DNA from: Ascoidea asiatica JCM 7603
Lineage: Eukaryota; Fungi; Ascomycota
Direction of reading: 5' to 3'
Assembly: GCA_001600695.1 (NCBI GenBank)
Contig: BCKQ01000005.1
Location: 556,093 to 620,092 of the forward strand
DNA length: 64,000 nt
The notes below the pieces were generated by a model. The model made no database searches. It was not told the DNA's origin and saw only the letters and a program-made list of their open reading frames with translations. Each line of letters starts with the position of its first letter. The first letter of the stretch is position 1. Below are positions 33,813 to 44,853 of this stretch, piece by piece. The translations under genes were made by a program, and so were the position numbers.

Positions 33813-35159
33813 AATTATTTTTTAAGCGAATGAAAATTTAAAATGATCAAAAAAACAGAAAAAGCAAAAAAAAAAAAGAGGAAAAGGGATAAAAATGGAT
33901 AAAAAGGATAAATTTATTAGTGAGAGTGAATGACTTTAAGAAAAGATTTAGGAAATTTAAAAAATTTAAATGATTATATTAAATTGAAATTTGATTGATT
34001 GATTGTATTAATTGATTATATTAATTGATACATACAATTAAATGATTAATGAAAATTAAAGATTAAAGATTAAAGATTAAAGATTATAAAATTGAAAAAG
34101 AATTTGAATGAAATTGAATGAATTTGATATATTAAAATACAAAAAGAATAATAATAATGATATATTTGAAAGGAAGAAATAAATTTAATGAAGTATAATA
34201 TAAATTCAATAGCGAGAGTGAATCAATTATTATTTATTATAAGTTATTGAAGATTATAGATAGAATTGTGGAGGTGATTATGATTTTGATTATAATTATA
34301 ATATTGATGTTGATATGAAATGAAGAAAATAGTTTATCTTAAATTAAGGCCAATTCAAATAGAATATTTCAAAATATAATAAAATATTGATAATATTGAG
34401 AATCTTGAGAATCTTGAGAGTCTTGATTAAGGAAATACTACTCTAAGGAGATTGAAGTGAATATAAAAAATAGCTTGTTTTTCTTTAGATTGAAAAAGAA
34501 AAAAAAAAGAGTAGTTGGTTTAATAAAATAAAGTAGAATATTATTAATAAACTGGTACCTGTGAAAATAATAATTTCATAAAATATTATTCAGTTTTCGT
34601 AAGGTTAGAAATAAAAATAAGCCTTCTTTTTTTTTGAAATATGAAGTAATGATTTCAAAAATGAATAAAATATACAGTATTTAAGAAGGAGGATATTGTA
34701 ATAGATTAGGATAATAAATAATATTATGATAAATGAATTTGATATTTGATATTTGATATTTGATATTTGATAAAAGTATTGATTGTATTTCTTGCCAAAA
34801 GTTTGATTCTTTTGTTTACTCGAGTATTTTTAGAAAGACAAGCAGGAGAGATACTAGTTGAAAATAAAGATAGAATCTGGAAAGGATGTCTTTTTCACCT
34901 GAATATATTCAAGTAGTGATAATAGTATTTAGTTTATTATATTTTATTGTATTTAGTATTTGATTAGTTGTTATATTTTAAATTTCCTTTATTTTCAAGC
35001 TTTCATATATTTCAAAATGCATATTTCATTCTCACTTCCAATAATCATTGACTGACTGATTGATTTCATCTCACTCGCTTCAGGCTTTTTTCTTCAGTAT
35101 CTTTTTACCATTTATCGTTTTATTTCATTTTCATTTTCATTTTCATGTTTCTTTCCTCT

Positions 35160-35940
35160 TCCTCTTCCTCTTCATCTTTCGTTCGTCGTTACTCGGCCAT
35201 CCTCGCAACCACTCCGCTAACAAAGCAACAAGAAAATGGAACCGGATTCCAAGTTATTTTTATCGCTCAGCAGCAACACGCAGCAACAAGGACCAGCCAG
35301 CAGTCGCCAACCAGGCACTAACTGGGCTTGTTGCTTCAGCACCGCACAAGCAGTGCCTGCAAATGGTAGCCTCGAAGCTTTCTCAGACCGCTGTCTTGCT
35401 ATCCAGGCATAACAGTACGTTTGATTACTTTGTTCTGTGACTAACTGGCAATGTCTCATTTCCTTCGCTACTTTATCGTCAAGATCCCTTCACCTTAATC
35501 CCCGTTCAAACTAAAACAATTACATATTATGTAATTGGCTTGTGCTGCTTTAGTCACTCTTCTTACTTTTCAAACAAGAATAGTTTGTGGTTTCATGAAA
35601 TGCAAGGTTGCAATGATTCTCATACCGCCAATTAGCCATAGCGAGGTGTAACATGCCTGATGCCATACTAAATCTGATGTAAATGCAGCCGAACGATGGT
35701 CGCCAAGAAAACTGGAAACCGGCGTTGCCGTCGTCGACGCTCAGTGCTGGCTAAGAACTGTAGAACAAATTTAAAGGTTCTAGATCTTTTGTAAAAAAGC
35801 CACGTGCCGTGACCTAAATATTCCTGGTTTTATTATTTCACTTCCTTGTAACGGATATTACTATCCAGATCTTTAATTCATTTCCGGGCTAGTCCTTTTT
35901 TATAGCACACGTGCATCTTGGTTTCGTCACACACCCTCGG
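35160..35940. promoter_or_regulatory. GC-rich core of the divergent AHK1/UBP16 promoter; CACGTG at 35801 and 35908
   Basis: Visibly GC-elevated block between very AT-rich flanks, with two E-boxes. Confidence 0.5.
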
Positions 35941-36142
35941 AATTTCCTCATAATAAGCTAACGTTAATAACAATAGTTTCTACTGTTAATTATTTTAAAT
36001 TATTTCAAAATATTTCAAATATTGCTGAATTTTCAATGATATTTTCATTGATTTAGATTACCCCAGATTCTAAATTATAATTTGAATGTATTGAATATTA
36101 TATTTCGATACTTTTATGATCAATTATCTTTTTTTAAAATAA

Positions 36143-37750
36143 ATGGATTCTTTTAAATCTTTTTTGGAATCAATTTTCTTTAAAACTTCTGAAAATTCAT
36201 TATTAATCAATCAATTAAATAAAAAAAATTATTACTCATATTCATATTCATATTCAAAAAATCGAATGATTTTATATTCATTTTTAATTTTAACTTCTTT
36301 ATATATATTATATCCTTCATTAAATATTAATTCTATAAGTAAAGAAAGTTCTAGATTAGATTCTAATTCAAAAAATAGACCAGATAAATATATAACTGGT
36401 TTTATAAATAATGCAAATGATTGTTTTGCAAATTCAACTTTACAATCTTTATCATCATTATCATATTTAATTAATTATTTAAATGAATTTAATAAAATTT
36501 CAATAAATTTTTTAAATAATAATAATAATAATAATAATAATAATTTTAAATTACATCAATCTTTATCAAATTTAATAAATTTATTAAATTCAATAACTTA
36601 TAAATCAAATTCAATATCAATTTGGCCATTTTTAAATATTTTAGAAAATTTATATAATTCAAAATTTTCAAAAAATCAACATGATGCTCAAGAATTATTA
36701 CAATTAATTTTACAATCTTTAAATAATGAATTTGATTATTTAAATAAACATTTAGATAATAAATTAATTTTTCCATTTCAAGGTCAATTTAAAACTCAAT
36801 TAACTTGTTTATCATGTTTATCAAATTCAAAACCAATTTATTCAAATTTTCAAATTTTATCATTAAATATTCCAATAAATAATAATAACAATATTACAAG
36901 CTTAAATGATTTAATTTTAAATAATTTAAATGAAGAAATTAATGATTATAAATGTAAAAAATGTAAAATTAAATTAATTTTAAAAATTGAAAATCAATTA
37001 AATAATTTAAATAATAATATTTTTAAAGATAAATTATTTTTTTATTTAAATAATAATTTTATAAATGATGAAATTAATGATTTAAATTTAAAAAATTATA
37101 TAAATAATTATAAATTTCCAAATTTTAATTCTCATTTACATTCATCAATAAAAAATAATTTTAATTCAACAATAATTAAAAAAAATATAATCAATAAATT
37201 TCCAAAAATTTTAATCATTCATATCTCAAGATCAATTTTTTTTAAAGATAATTATTATTATAAAAAAAATTTAAAAAAAATAAAATTTGAAGAAATTTTA
37301 ATCTTAAATAATTTTAAATATAAATTAAAATCAATTATTATTCATAATGGTGGTAAACATAATTCTGGTCATTATGAATGTTTTAAACATAAACCAAGTT
37401 ATAAATTTGATAATACTTTGAAATCTTTTAAAATTAATGATCCAATAATTATTGATCCAACTATTGATTCAATTATAAATTCAAATGAAATTGAATCTTC
37501 AATAATAGAAAATGATTCAATAAATACAGATACTAATACAAGTAATGTTAATATAAAACATAATAAAAAAAAGAAAAAGGTAAAGGAAAAGAAAGCATTG
37601 GTTTCAACAAGTATTAGTAAACCATACTGGAAAATCTCAGATACAGTAGTGAAGGAAGCTAGAGACTATGAGGTTACAAATGAAGAAGAAGCTGTTTATA
37701 TGCTTTTCTATGAAATGATAGAAAATACATTTATAACTAACAAATTATAA
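36143..37750 (+). CDS. UBP16: Membrane-anchored ubiquitin-specific protease (Ubp16/USP30-like)
   Basis: N-terminal TM (ILYSFLILTSLYILYP), Cys box GFINNANDCFANSTLQSL, QHDAQELL, His box HNGGKHNSGHY, YWKISD, VYMLFYE. The start could instead be the second Met (~36266). Confidence 0.82.
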   Translation: MDSFKSFLESIFFKTSENSLLINQLNKKNYYSYSYSYSKNRMILYSFLILTSLYILYPSLNINSISKESSRLDSNSKNRPDKYITGFINNANDCFANSTLQSLSSLSYLINYLNEFNKISINFLNNNNNNNNNNFKLHQSLSNLINLLNSITYKSNSISIWPFLNILENLYNSKFSKNQHDAQELLQLILQSLNNEFDYLNKHLDNKLIFPFQGQFKTQLTCLSCLSNSKPIYSNFQILSLNIPINNNNNITSLNDLILNNLNEEINDYKCKKCKIKLILKIENQLNNLNNNIFKDKLFFYLNNNFINDEINDLNLKNYINNYKFPNFNSHLHSSIKNNFNSTIIKKNIINKFPKILIIHISRSIFFKDNYYYKKNLKKIKFEEILILNNFKYKLKSIIIHNGGKHNSGHYECFKHKPSYKFDNTLKSFKINDPIIIDPTIDSIINSNEIESSIIENDSINTDTNTSNVNIKHNKKKKKVKEKKALVSTSISKPYWKISDTVVKEARDYEVTNEEEAVYMLFYEMIENTFITNKL

Positions 37751-37849
37751 TAATAACGAACAGGCAAAAACTGTATATAAATATGTATATAAATATATAT
37801 AAATATTTCAACGAGACCATTTTTGAGGATGTTTTATATTTCATGGCTA

Positions 37850-38335
37850 TACTCTCGGATAAAGGATAGGCTATGTAGTCGGAAGTAGGATAGGAGGATA
37901 GGCTATGGAAATGGCGATGAGCTCGGCAGCGGAAGCTCCATTATTGACGGCGGATCGAGTTTCTCGAAAACCTGGAGCAGAGCTGCGAGATCAGCAGTGA
38001 AAACGCACGGATGCAGGCCACCTGCAGCACAATACCCAGGCGGCAGTTTCTGAATCCGGAATGTTGGACCTGCTGTGAGGGCCCAGCAGTTGTAGACCTG
38101 CCTCTTTGGGCCTCTGGACGGGTAACTCCATGCCCAGACAAGAAGGTCGAACAAGGAACCGCTGCAGTGGGTGCGGGTATTCACCGACGGTGTGCACTGC
38201 AACTGCTAAAGTTACTAACTAACCACCAAAGGTTATCTGCTTTCGATTACAACTGCTTCTCTTTATTAGCTAGCTGTAGCTGCTACTGAATTTCTTTTAT
38301 CAATCAGATTCAATCAGATTCAATCAGATTTAATC
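37850..38335. promoter_or_regulatory. GC-rich island upstream of the amine oxidase with GGATAG repeats and (AATCAGATTC)x3
   Basis: Spot count 34/60 GC at 38041-38100. GGATAA/GGATAG x4 at 37857-37901 and a 10-nt triplication at ~38302-38334. Confidence 0.5.
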
Positions 38336-38613
38336 TTATTTTCTTCTATTCTATTGATTATGGTCCCATATTTCTATTTATCTTACTTTTTCTTTTGAAA
38401 ATTTTTATATCACTAAAGTTATATTATCTTTGTAATCAATTGATATAAATATCCTGCTTTTCTTCCATTAGAAAATATTCTTTTATAATTCATTAATTAT
38501 CATAATAGATTTTTTTTCCAAAGAAAATAAAAAAAATATTCTTATTCTTATTTATAATTTATTCTTTTACATAATTCTCATACAATTTATATTCATAAAA
38601 ATAATCTTTTAAA

Positions 38614-40644
38614 ATGTCTTTACATCCTTTTGATCAATTGAGTGACTCAGAAATGAGATTTACTTCAAAAATATTAAAAGATAAATATAATTCAAAATTA
38701 CATTTTTTACAACTTGATAAATTAGAACCTCCAAAAAAAGATATGTTAAGATATCTTGAAGCTGAAAGAAAAAATTTACCATTACCAGAAGTTTCAAGAG
38801 TTTCATATGCTTATTTTTTATATAATGATAGATTATATAAAGCTTTAGTTAATTTATCTAAAAAACATATAATAACTTCAGAAATTTTACCAGAAGGTAC
38901 AGTTGGTCCTGCTTTACCTGAAGATATGATGGAATTTGAAAATTTATGTTTAGAACATCCATTGGTTTTAAAAGAAATTGAAAAATTAAATTTACCAAAA
39001 GGTCATAAAGTTAGATGTGATCCATGGATTTATGGTACTGATGATCCAAATGAAAAAAGACCTTTATTACAATGTTTTATGTATCTTATGGCTCAACCAA
39101 ATCCAGAATCAAATCATTATTCATTACCATTAACTTTTTCACCAGTATTTAATTTATTAAATAAAAAATTTGTTAGAATGGATTTTATTGATAATGCTTA
39201 TAGTGGTGATACATTAAAAACTCATCCATGGAAACCAGTAAATTCAGTTGAATATCATCCAGATTTAAATGGTGAATCAAATAATCCAAGATATTTAGCT
39301 CCTTTAATTATTAATCAACCAAATGGTGCAGGTTTTAAAGTTACAGGATCAAAAATTGAATGGCAAGATTGGGAATTTTATGTTACACCAAATGTTAGAG
39401 AAGGTCTTTCAATTCATAATATTAGATTTAAAAATAGAGATGTATTTTATAGAATTGCATTAAGTGAAATGGTTGTACCATATTCATATGTTTCTTCATC
39501 AAAAGAAATTAAAAATTTAAATTCAACACATCCATATGAACCAACTCATAGAAAACAAGCATTTGATTTAGGAGATTGTGGATTTGGTACAAATGCAAAT
39601 CATCTTAATTTAGGTTGTGATTGTCTTGGATCAATAAAATATTTTGATTGTATTAGAACTAATGGTGATGGTGAACCAATTTTATTACCAAATACAGTTT
39701 GTTTACATGAACAAGATAATGGATTATTAATTAAACATGTAAATTATAGAACTAATGTACCAGTAGTTGCAAGAAGAAGAGAATTTGTTGTACAAACTAT
39801 TGCAACAGTTGCAAATTATGAATATATTGTTAATTTTATTTTTGATCAAGCTGGTGGTATTGCAGTTAATGTTAGAGCTACAGGAATTTTATCAACAATT
39901 CCAATTGATGAAGATGAATCAGGACCTGTAAATTGGGGTACAATTGTTGCACCAAATTGTTTAGCACCTTATCATCAACATTTATTATCATTTAGATTTG
40001 ATCCAATGATTGATGGTGAAAAAAATACAGTTGTTTATGAAGATACAGTACCTTTAAATATTAATGATCCTGCAAATCCATATAAAGTTGGATTTATTAC
40101 AAAAACTAATTTTGTTGAAAATTCTGGATATATTGATACAAATCCATATGTTAATAGAACAGTAAAAATTATTAATGAAAATATTATTAATAAAACAACA
40201 AAAAAACCAGTTGGATATAAATTTGAAATGGCTTCAAAACAAATGATTTTAGCTCATGAATCATCATATAATGTTCAAAGAGCAAATTTTGCTACAAAAC
40301 AATTTTGGGTTACAAAATATAAAGATAATCAATTATATGCAGCAGGAGAATTTACAAATCAATCACAAATTGATTCAGGTATGAAACATTGGGCAGATGG
40401 TAGTGAAAAAGTTAGAAATGATGATCCAGTTATTTGGGCAACATTAGCTTTAACTCATGTACCAAGACCAGAAGATTTTCCAGTTATGCCAGTTGATATG
40501 TTAGGATTTATGGTTGTACCAGCAGGATTTTTTGAAAAAAATCCAGCATTAGATATTCCACAATCTAATAATGCATTTAATAAATCAAATTTAGTTGATT
40601 CAAATGAATTAACTGTTAAATCATGTTGTAAATCAACTTTATAA
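38614..40644 (+). CDS. AMO1: Copper-containing (TPQ) primary amine oxidase
   Basis: HPFDQL N-terminus, catalytic AFDLG, LGCDCLG, TPQ consensus TVANYEY, Cu ligands HQH and THVPRPEDFPVMP. Confidence 0.96.
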   Translation: MSLHPFDQLSDSEMRFTSKILKDKYNSKLHFLQLDKLEPPKKDMLRYLEAERKNLPLPEVSRVSYAYFLYNDRLYKALVNLSKKHIITSEILPEGTVGPALPEDMMEFENLCLEHPLVLKEIEKLNLPKGHKVRCDPWIYGTDDPNEKRPLLQCFMYLMAQPNPESNHYSLPLTFSPVFNLLNKKFVRMDFIDNAYSGDTLKTHPWKPVNSVEYHPDLNGESNNPRYLAPLIINQPNGAGFKVTGSKIEWQDWEFYVTPNVREGLSIHNIRFKNRDVFYRIALSEMVVPYSYVSSSKEIKNLNSTHPYEPTHRKQAFDLGDCGFGTNANHLNLGCDCLGSIKYFDCIRTNGDGEPILLPNTVCLHEQDNGLLIKHVNYRTNVPVVARRREFVVQTIATVANYEYIVNFIFDQAGGIAVNVRATGILSTIPIDEDESGPVNWGTIVAPNCLAPYHQHLLSFRFDPMIDGEKNTVVYEDTVPLNINDPANPYKVGFITKTNFVENSGYIDTNPYVNRTVKIINENIINKTTKKPVGYKFEMASKQMILAHESSYNVQRANFATKQFWVTKYKDNQLYAAGEFTNQSQIDSGMKHWADGSEKVRNDDPVIWATLALTHVPRPEDFPVMPVDMLGFMVVPAGFFEKNPALDIPQSNNAFNKSNLVDSNELTVKSCCKSTL

Positions 40645-40849
40645 TCAAATCTCATTAATATAAATTAATTATTCTTTTCCTTTGACATTTCTACTTAAAT
40701 AGTTTACTAAATTTTTTTCAATTCTCGCTTAACCCTTAAACTTTACAATTCATTTTCATATACTGTATAATTGCACTGTAAACTGTAGTTCTAGTTATTC
40801 CTAAAGCAGTAAACTATCCGCTTGAAAATACTCAATTAACCTTAACGTT

Positions 40850-41200
40850 ACAAACCGAAAAAAAACCCACCAGATCACATGCCCGAGACTCGATCATCTC
40901 CGGCTACCGGTTAAACCTCCAGCGGCTAACGCCACCGTCACCTCTGATCCTTTTTTTTTCTTTGTGTGGCAATTTTTGACGTTGAGCAGACGTTGAACTG
41001 ACGTGACAGCAGCAGAACAAAACTACAAAATTATGCTCTTCTGTGGTCTGCTGCTCCAGTCGTTTCTGAGTCGCGGAGTTCTCTGGGACTCGTTTTCAGC
41101 GCCACTGCTGTGGGTCTGCTGTGGGTCTGCTGCGGGTCTGCACTGCTGAGGAATTTCCGGTGCTTCTGGCGCTAGATCTGCTCGATAAAAGGGTACTTGC
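40850..41200. promoter_or_regulatory. GC-rich island upstream of the GID11-like gene with TGACGT sites and (CTGCTGTGGGT) repeats
   Basis: GC-elevated block. TGACGT at ~40977 and ~40999; ~3 copies of CTGCTG(T/C)GGGT at 41105-41140. Confidence 0.45.
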
Positions 41201-41860
41201 AATATACTAACAGTAGTAATACTAAGAAGGTCCCCATTTTTAATCCCCATATTGATGATTATGTGAATTGCTCTATTTCTTTGTTTTCCTATTTTCCTAT
41301 TTGAACATTCAGCATTATCATGATTTTATTCAAATTATACCTTTGATCTTGAATTATTATATCAGATTATCCTATTATCATATTATCATATTAGCTTATT
41401 ATCTTATTATTGTATTAGTATATTACACATCTATCTTCTTTCATTTCTTAATTTTTGTTTCCTATTTCTTACATCTCATATCTTATATCCTATTTTTATT
41501 ATTTAGCTAATATCTTTTGCTCATTTCCATTAATTCATCTCCATCAAATAATATCTAATCCTTTTTAGTCCATTTATGCTTATTATTTTGCTAGCTTTAT
41601 TCAATTATAATTATATTTTCATTTCTTTAGTATCCCTTTTTGTGCTATTAAGTTTATTCAATTTCAATCTCAATTTCCATTTCAATTTCAATTTCAATTT
41701 CAGTTATCTAAAATTTATCTATTTATCAATTCTACTAATAAATAATTTCAAATATTATTTCTATTTAAATAATTATATATTTCCAATTTTTAGTTATTTC
41801 AATTTCAATTTTAATTATAATAATTTAATTATAAATAATTCAAATAAAAATTTAAATATA

Positions 41861-43318
41861 ATGACAATAGATTCAAAAAAAAAATCAAAATTAAAAAATT
41901 TCTATTTAAAAAATAAAAATGATTTAATTTTTTATAATAATTTAAATTATTATAAAAATTTTCCATTTATAAATCCAATTCATAAATTTTATAAAACTGA
42001 AATTTCAAGACATCATTGGCAATTAAATGATTTAATTCAACCTTCTTCATTAAATTCAAATGAAATTTATTTTCCATATAAAAAATCAATAAATTTTTTA
42101 AATTTAAAAAATTCAAAATCTTTAACTTTATTAAATTTAGAATTCTTACCAAAATGTTTAAATGAAAAAGATGGTTTATTATTAATTGCAGGTCTGTTAA
42201 CAAATGATAATTCTTCTGGTTATTTATCAATTTATAATCGAAATTTAAATTTAAATAATGATTCTGATAATAAATTAAATAAACCTTTTGAAATAAAAAT
42301 TGGTTCAATGATTAATAATTCTGTAAATATTTTTAGAGATTCAATAAATTCAACTTCAATTTATAATGCTTATCTTTGTAATAATGATAAAAATCTTTAT
42401 AAAGTTAAAATTCAAAATAGATCTATAGAAATTTTAAATAAAATTAATTTAAATTATAATTTAAATTCTTCAACAACTTCTTTAATTCATAATATAACTT
42501 TAACATGTGGTGATTCAAAAAAAATTTCAATTATTGATAATAATTCAAATAAATTAATTAATAATATTTTAACTCCTGCAGATTCTGGATTTTCATTAGA
42601 TTTTCATCCAAATCAAAATTATTTTGCTGCTGCTTTTCAAGATGGTAAATCTTTAATTTATGATATAAGAAATTTTTCAAATCCAATTTTTCAAATTTTT
42701 TCAACAAGAAAATTACGTTGTAAAGAAGGTGCTTTTAGATGTTTAAAATTTTCAAATATTGAAAATAATTGTTTATTTTTAACTGAATCTGTTGGAAAAA
42801 TTCATATTATAGATTTAAATAATTTTAATAATCATAAAATTATTTCAATTCCAACTGAATTTAATTCTTCAAATTATGAAAAAAATGATTATTTACCAAT
42901 TATTAAAGATTATAATCAAATTAAAAATAATTCAGGTGATATTTTAGGTCCAAATTTTTTCTCAGATTCTTCATCAAATAATCAGTTGAATTTTAATAAT
43001 AATTTTAATAATAATTTTAATAATAATTTTAATAATAATTTTAATAGTAATTTAAATTTACATAATTCAATTATTTCGAATCAATTTAATCAATATCAAA
43101 TTCCTTTAAAATTAAATAACCATTTTTTACATTTTCTTAATTTTAATAATAATAAATCAAAAGATTCTTATTCAACTTCAACTTATGATTTAGCAGGTTT
43201 ATGTTTAACTAATGATAAAAATGGTACTCATTTATTAGTTGCAAATTCTCATGGTATTCATAAATGGGATATGGATACTTGGAGTAGAAAAAATCATTTA
43301 TCTTTTGAGTTATGTTAG
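41861..43318 (+). CDS. GID11: WD40/DUF2415 protein, Gid11 (YLR149C)-like; likely start MTIDS at 41861
   Basis: HHWQLNDLI motif, INNSV, CNNDK, AFQDG, and DUF2415 GAFRCLKFS...TESVGKIHIIDL. Syntenic with SMD3/PEP3 as in S. cerevisiae. The upstream in-frame extension from 41576 is low-complexity. Confidence 0.75.
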   Translation: MTIDSKKKSKLKNFYLKNKNDLIFYNNLNYYKNFPFINPIHKFYKTEISRHHWQLNDLIQPSSLNSNEIYFPYKKSINFLNLKNSKSLTLLNLEFLPKCLNEKDGLLLIAGLLTNDNSSGYLSIYNRNLNLNNDSDNKLNKPFEIKIGSMINNSVNIFRDSINSTSIYNAYLCNNDKNLYKVKIQNRSIEILNKINLNYNLNSSTTSLIHNITLTCGDSKKISIIDNNSNKLINNILTPADSGFSLDFHPNQNYFAAAFQDGKSLIYDIRNFSNPIFQIFSTRKLRCKEGAFRCLKFSNIENNCLFLTESVGKIHIIDLNNFNNHKIISIPTEFNSSNYEKNDYLPIIKDYNQIKNNSGDILGPNFFSDSSSNNQLNFNNNFNNNFNNNFNNNFNSNLNLHNSIISNQFNQYQIPLKLNNHFLHFLNFNNNKSKDSYSTSTYDLAGLCLTNDKNGTHLLVANSHGIHKWDMDTWSRKNHLSFELC

Positions 43319-43973
43319 CTAATCGCTTTTGAAAACTTTTTTTTAAATTTTAATTCTTATCTTACTTAATCCTCATTTTAATCTATTTTAATTTATTTTA
43401 ACTAACGACTTTTTTTCTCTATCTCTCTTTCTTTCTTTCTCTGCTTTCTTAATCTTATTACATTTATCCATCCTTTTTTTTTCTACTGCTTTCTTATTTT
43501 TTTTTGGTTATTTTATTTTGGTTAAAAAGAAAAAAAATTTATTCAACTAGTCATTTATCTCTTGATTATAATCTTAAAATATCATTTTAATCTTCATTCT
43601 AATCTTCTATTTTTTTTCTCATTTTTTTTTTGGATTCTCTTCTTTGGGGTTAATTATTTTTCTTTCCGGTATGCATATTATTTGGGCTTAAATGGTAAAT
43701 TAAAAAAATTCTTTTTTTTAAACAAAAACATAGTAATAAAAATTCTTTTTTTAAAGCATAAAATCTTTATGAAAAACCTAATATATAATATTTCTCACTC
43801 TCCTGATTTGTAGAACAATTAAAATTAAAAAAAAAAGAATAATTAAAAAAGAATAATTAAAAAAAAATAATTAAAAAACTAATGAAAACAACAATAAAAA
43901 AAAACAATAATAAAAAGAGAAATAAGTACTTTTTTTTTCATTTCTTTTCATTAATAATATACACTTATTTAAG

Positions 43974-44389
43974 TTAAGCTCTCTTTTTGGGACCCCTTAT
44001 AGGTGGTGGTGGTTTTACATGATTTGGATTAAACATTGGAGCATTTCTTAACATATCTGGAACTTGAAAAAATCTAACTTGAGATCCTCTAATAAAAACT
44101 TGATCTAAATGCGTTGTTTTACCATCTCTTCCAGTAACAACTATATTTTTTAATTGAACATTCATATTATCTTCACTTTCTAATAACTTTCCTCTATATA
44201 TTTCTCCTGTTGTTAATTCTAGAGATACAATATGACCCTAAAAAAATTAGTAATTCAAAATAAAAATTTGAAAATTTGTCTGTTAGTAATCTTTTTTTTA
44301 TAATAATAGTGGTAATTTGATAATAATTAACATAAAACGTAACATACTTGCGCTTCACTTAAAAGCTTCACAGGAATTCCAACAACCAT
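43974..44389 (-). CDS. SMD3: snRNP core protein SmD3; two exons (44389-44348, 44237-43974), 101 aa
   Basis: Exon 1 [14 protein letters not shown] joins exon 2 [29 protein letters not shown]...FIRGSQVRF. Intron GTATGT...TAG. Confidence 0.95.
44238..44347 (-). other. Spliceosomal intron of SMD3 (110 nt, phase 0)
   Basis: GTATGT donor at 44347, TACTAAC at 44288-44282, TACTAAT at 44252-44246, TAG acceptor ending 44238. Confidence 0.92.
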
Positions 44390-44545
44390 TTCTTTTAATT
44401 TATTATGAAGGTTTAAACTAAATCAATTGAATTTGGTTTTCTTTGTTTTATTATCTTTTTTTTGTTTCAACTGTAGAATATTTATTTTAATTTCTCAATC
44501 GTTATTACTTAAATTACCAAAATTCACCTTTTTGAAATTAGACTA

Positions 44546-44553
44546 GTCACGTG
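44546..44553. promoter_or_regulatory. GTCACGTG Cbf1-type site in the divergent SMD3/CDC37 promoter
   Basis: Exact match to RTCACRTG. Confidence 0.55.
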
Positions 44554-44853
44554 CGCTATCAAATGGTGGAAATTACTAGAATAAAATCATATTTGAGCTC
44601 AGAGCAAACTAATATTGGGTTTTTAGGTCAAGGTAAAATAAATAGTATGGCAGCGGTAATTCACACAATCTATTTTAAAAGTATATAATTTTCATTTATA
44701 AACACTTACAAGTCAGTCTGTTTTCTGAAAAGCATTAAAAATTGTTTTTTTTAAAAGAAAAAGAGATAGAGATAGAATTGATTCATTTATTAAATTCAAT
44801 AAATTTTATTTACTTGTTACCTTTACTTAGAAAATAAATATCAGTGTAAAAAA

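Noticed and set aside
37903-38289. Four overlapping 66-99 aa ORFs, plus similar ones at 15027-15463, 35060-35459 and 41023-41250
   Set aside because: No recognisable motifs; an expected by-product of the GC islands.
41576-41860. Hydrophobic N-terminal extension of the GID11-like ORF
   Set aside because: Low-complexity F/N/Y/L sequence from a T-rich leader; homology starts at MTID (41861).
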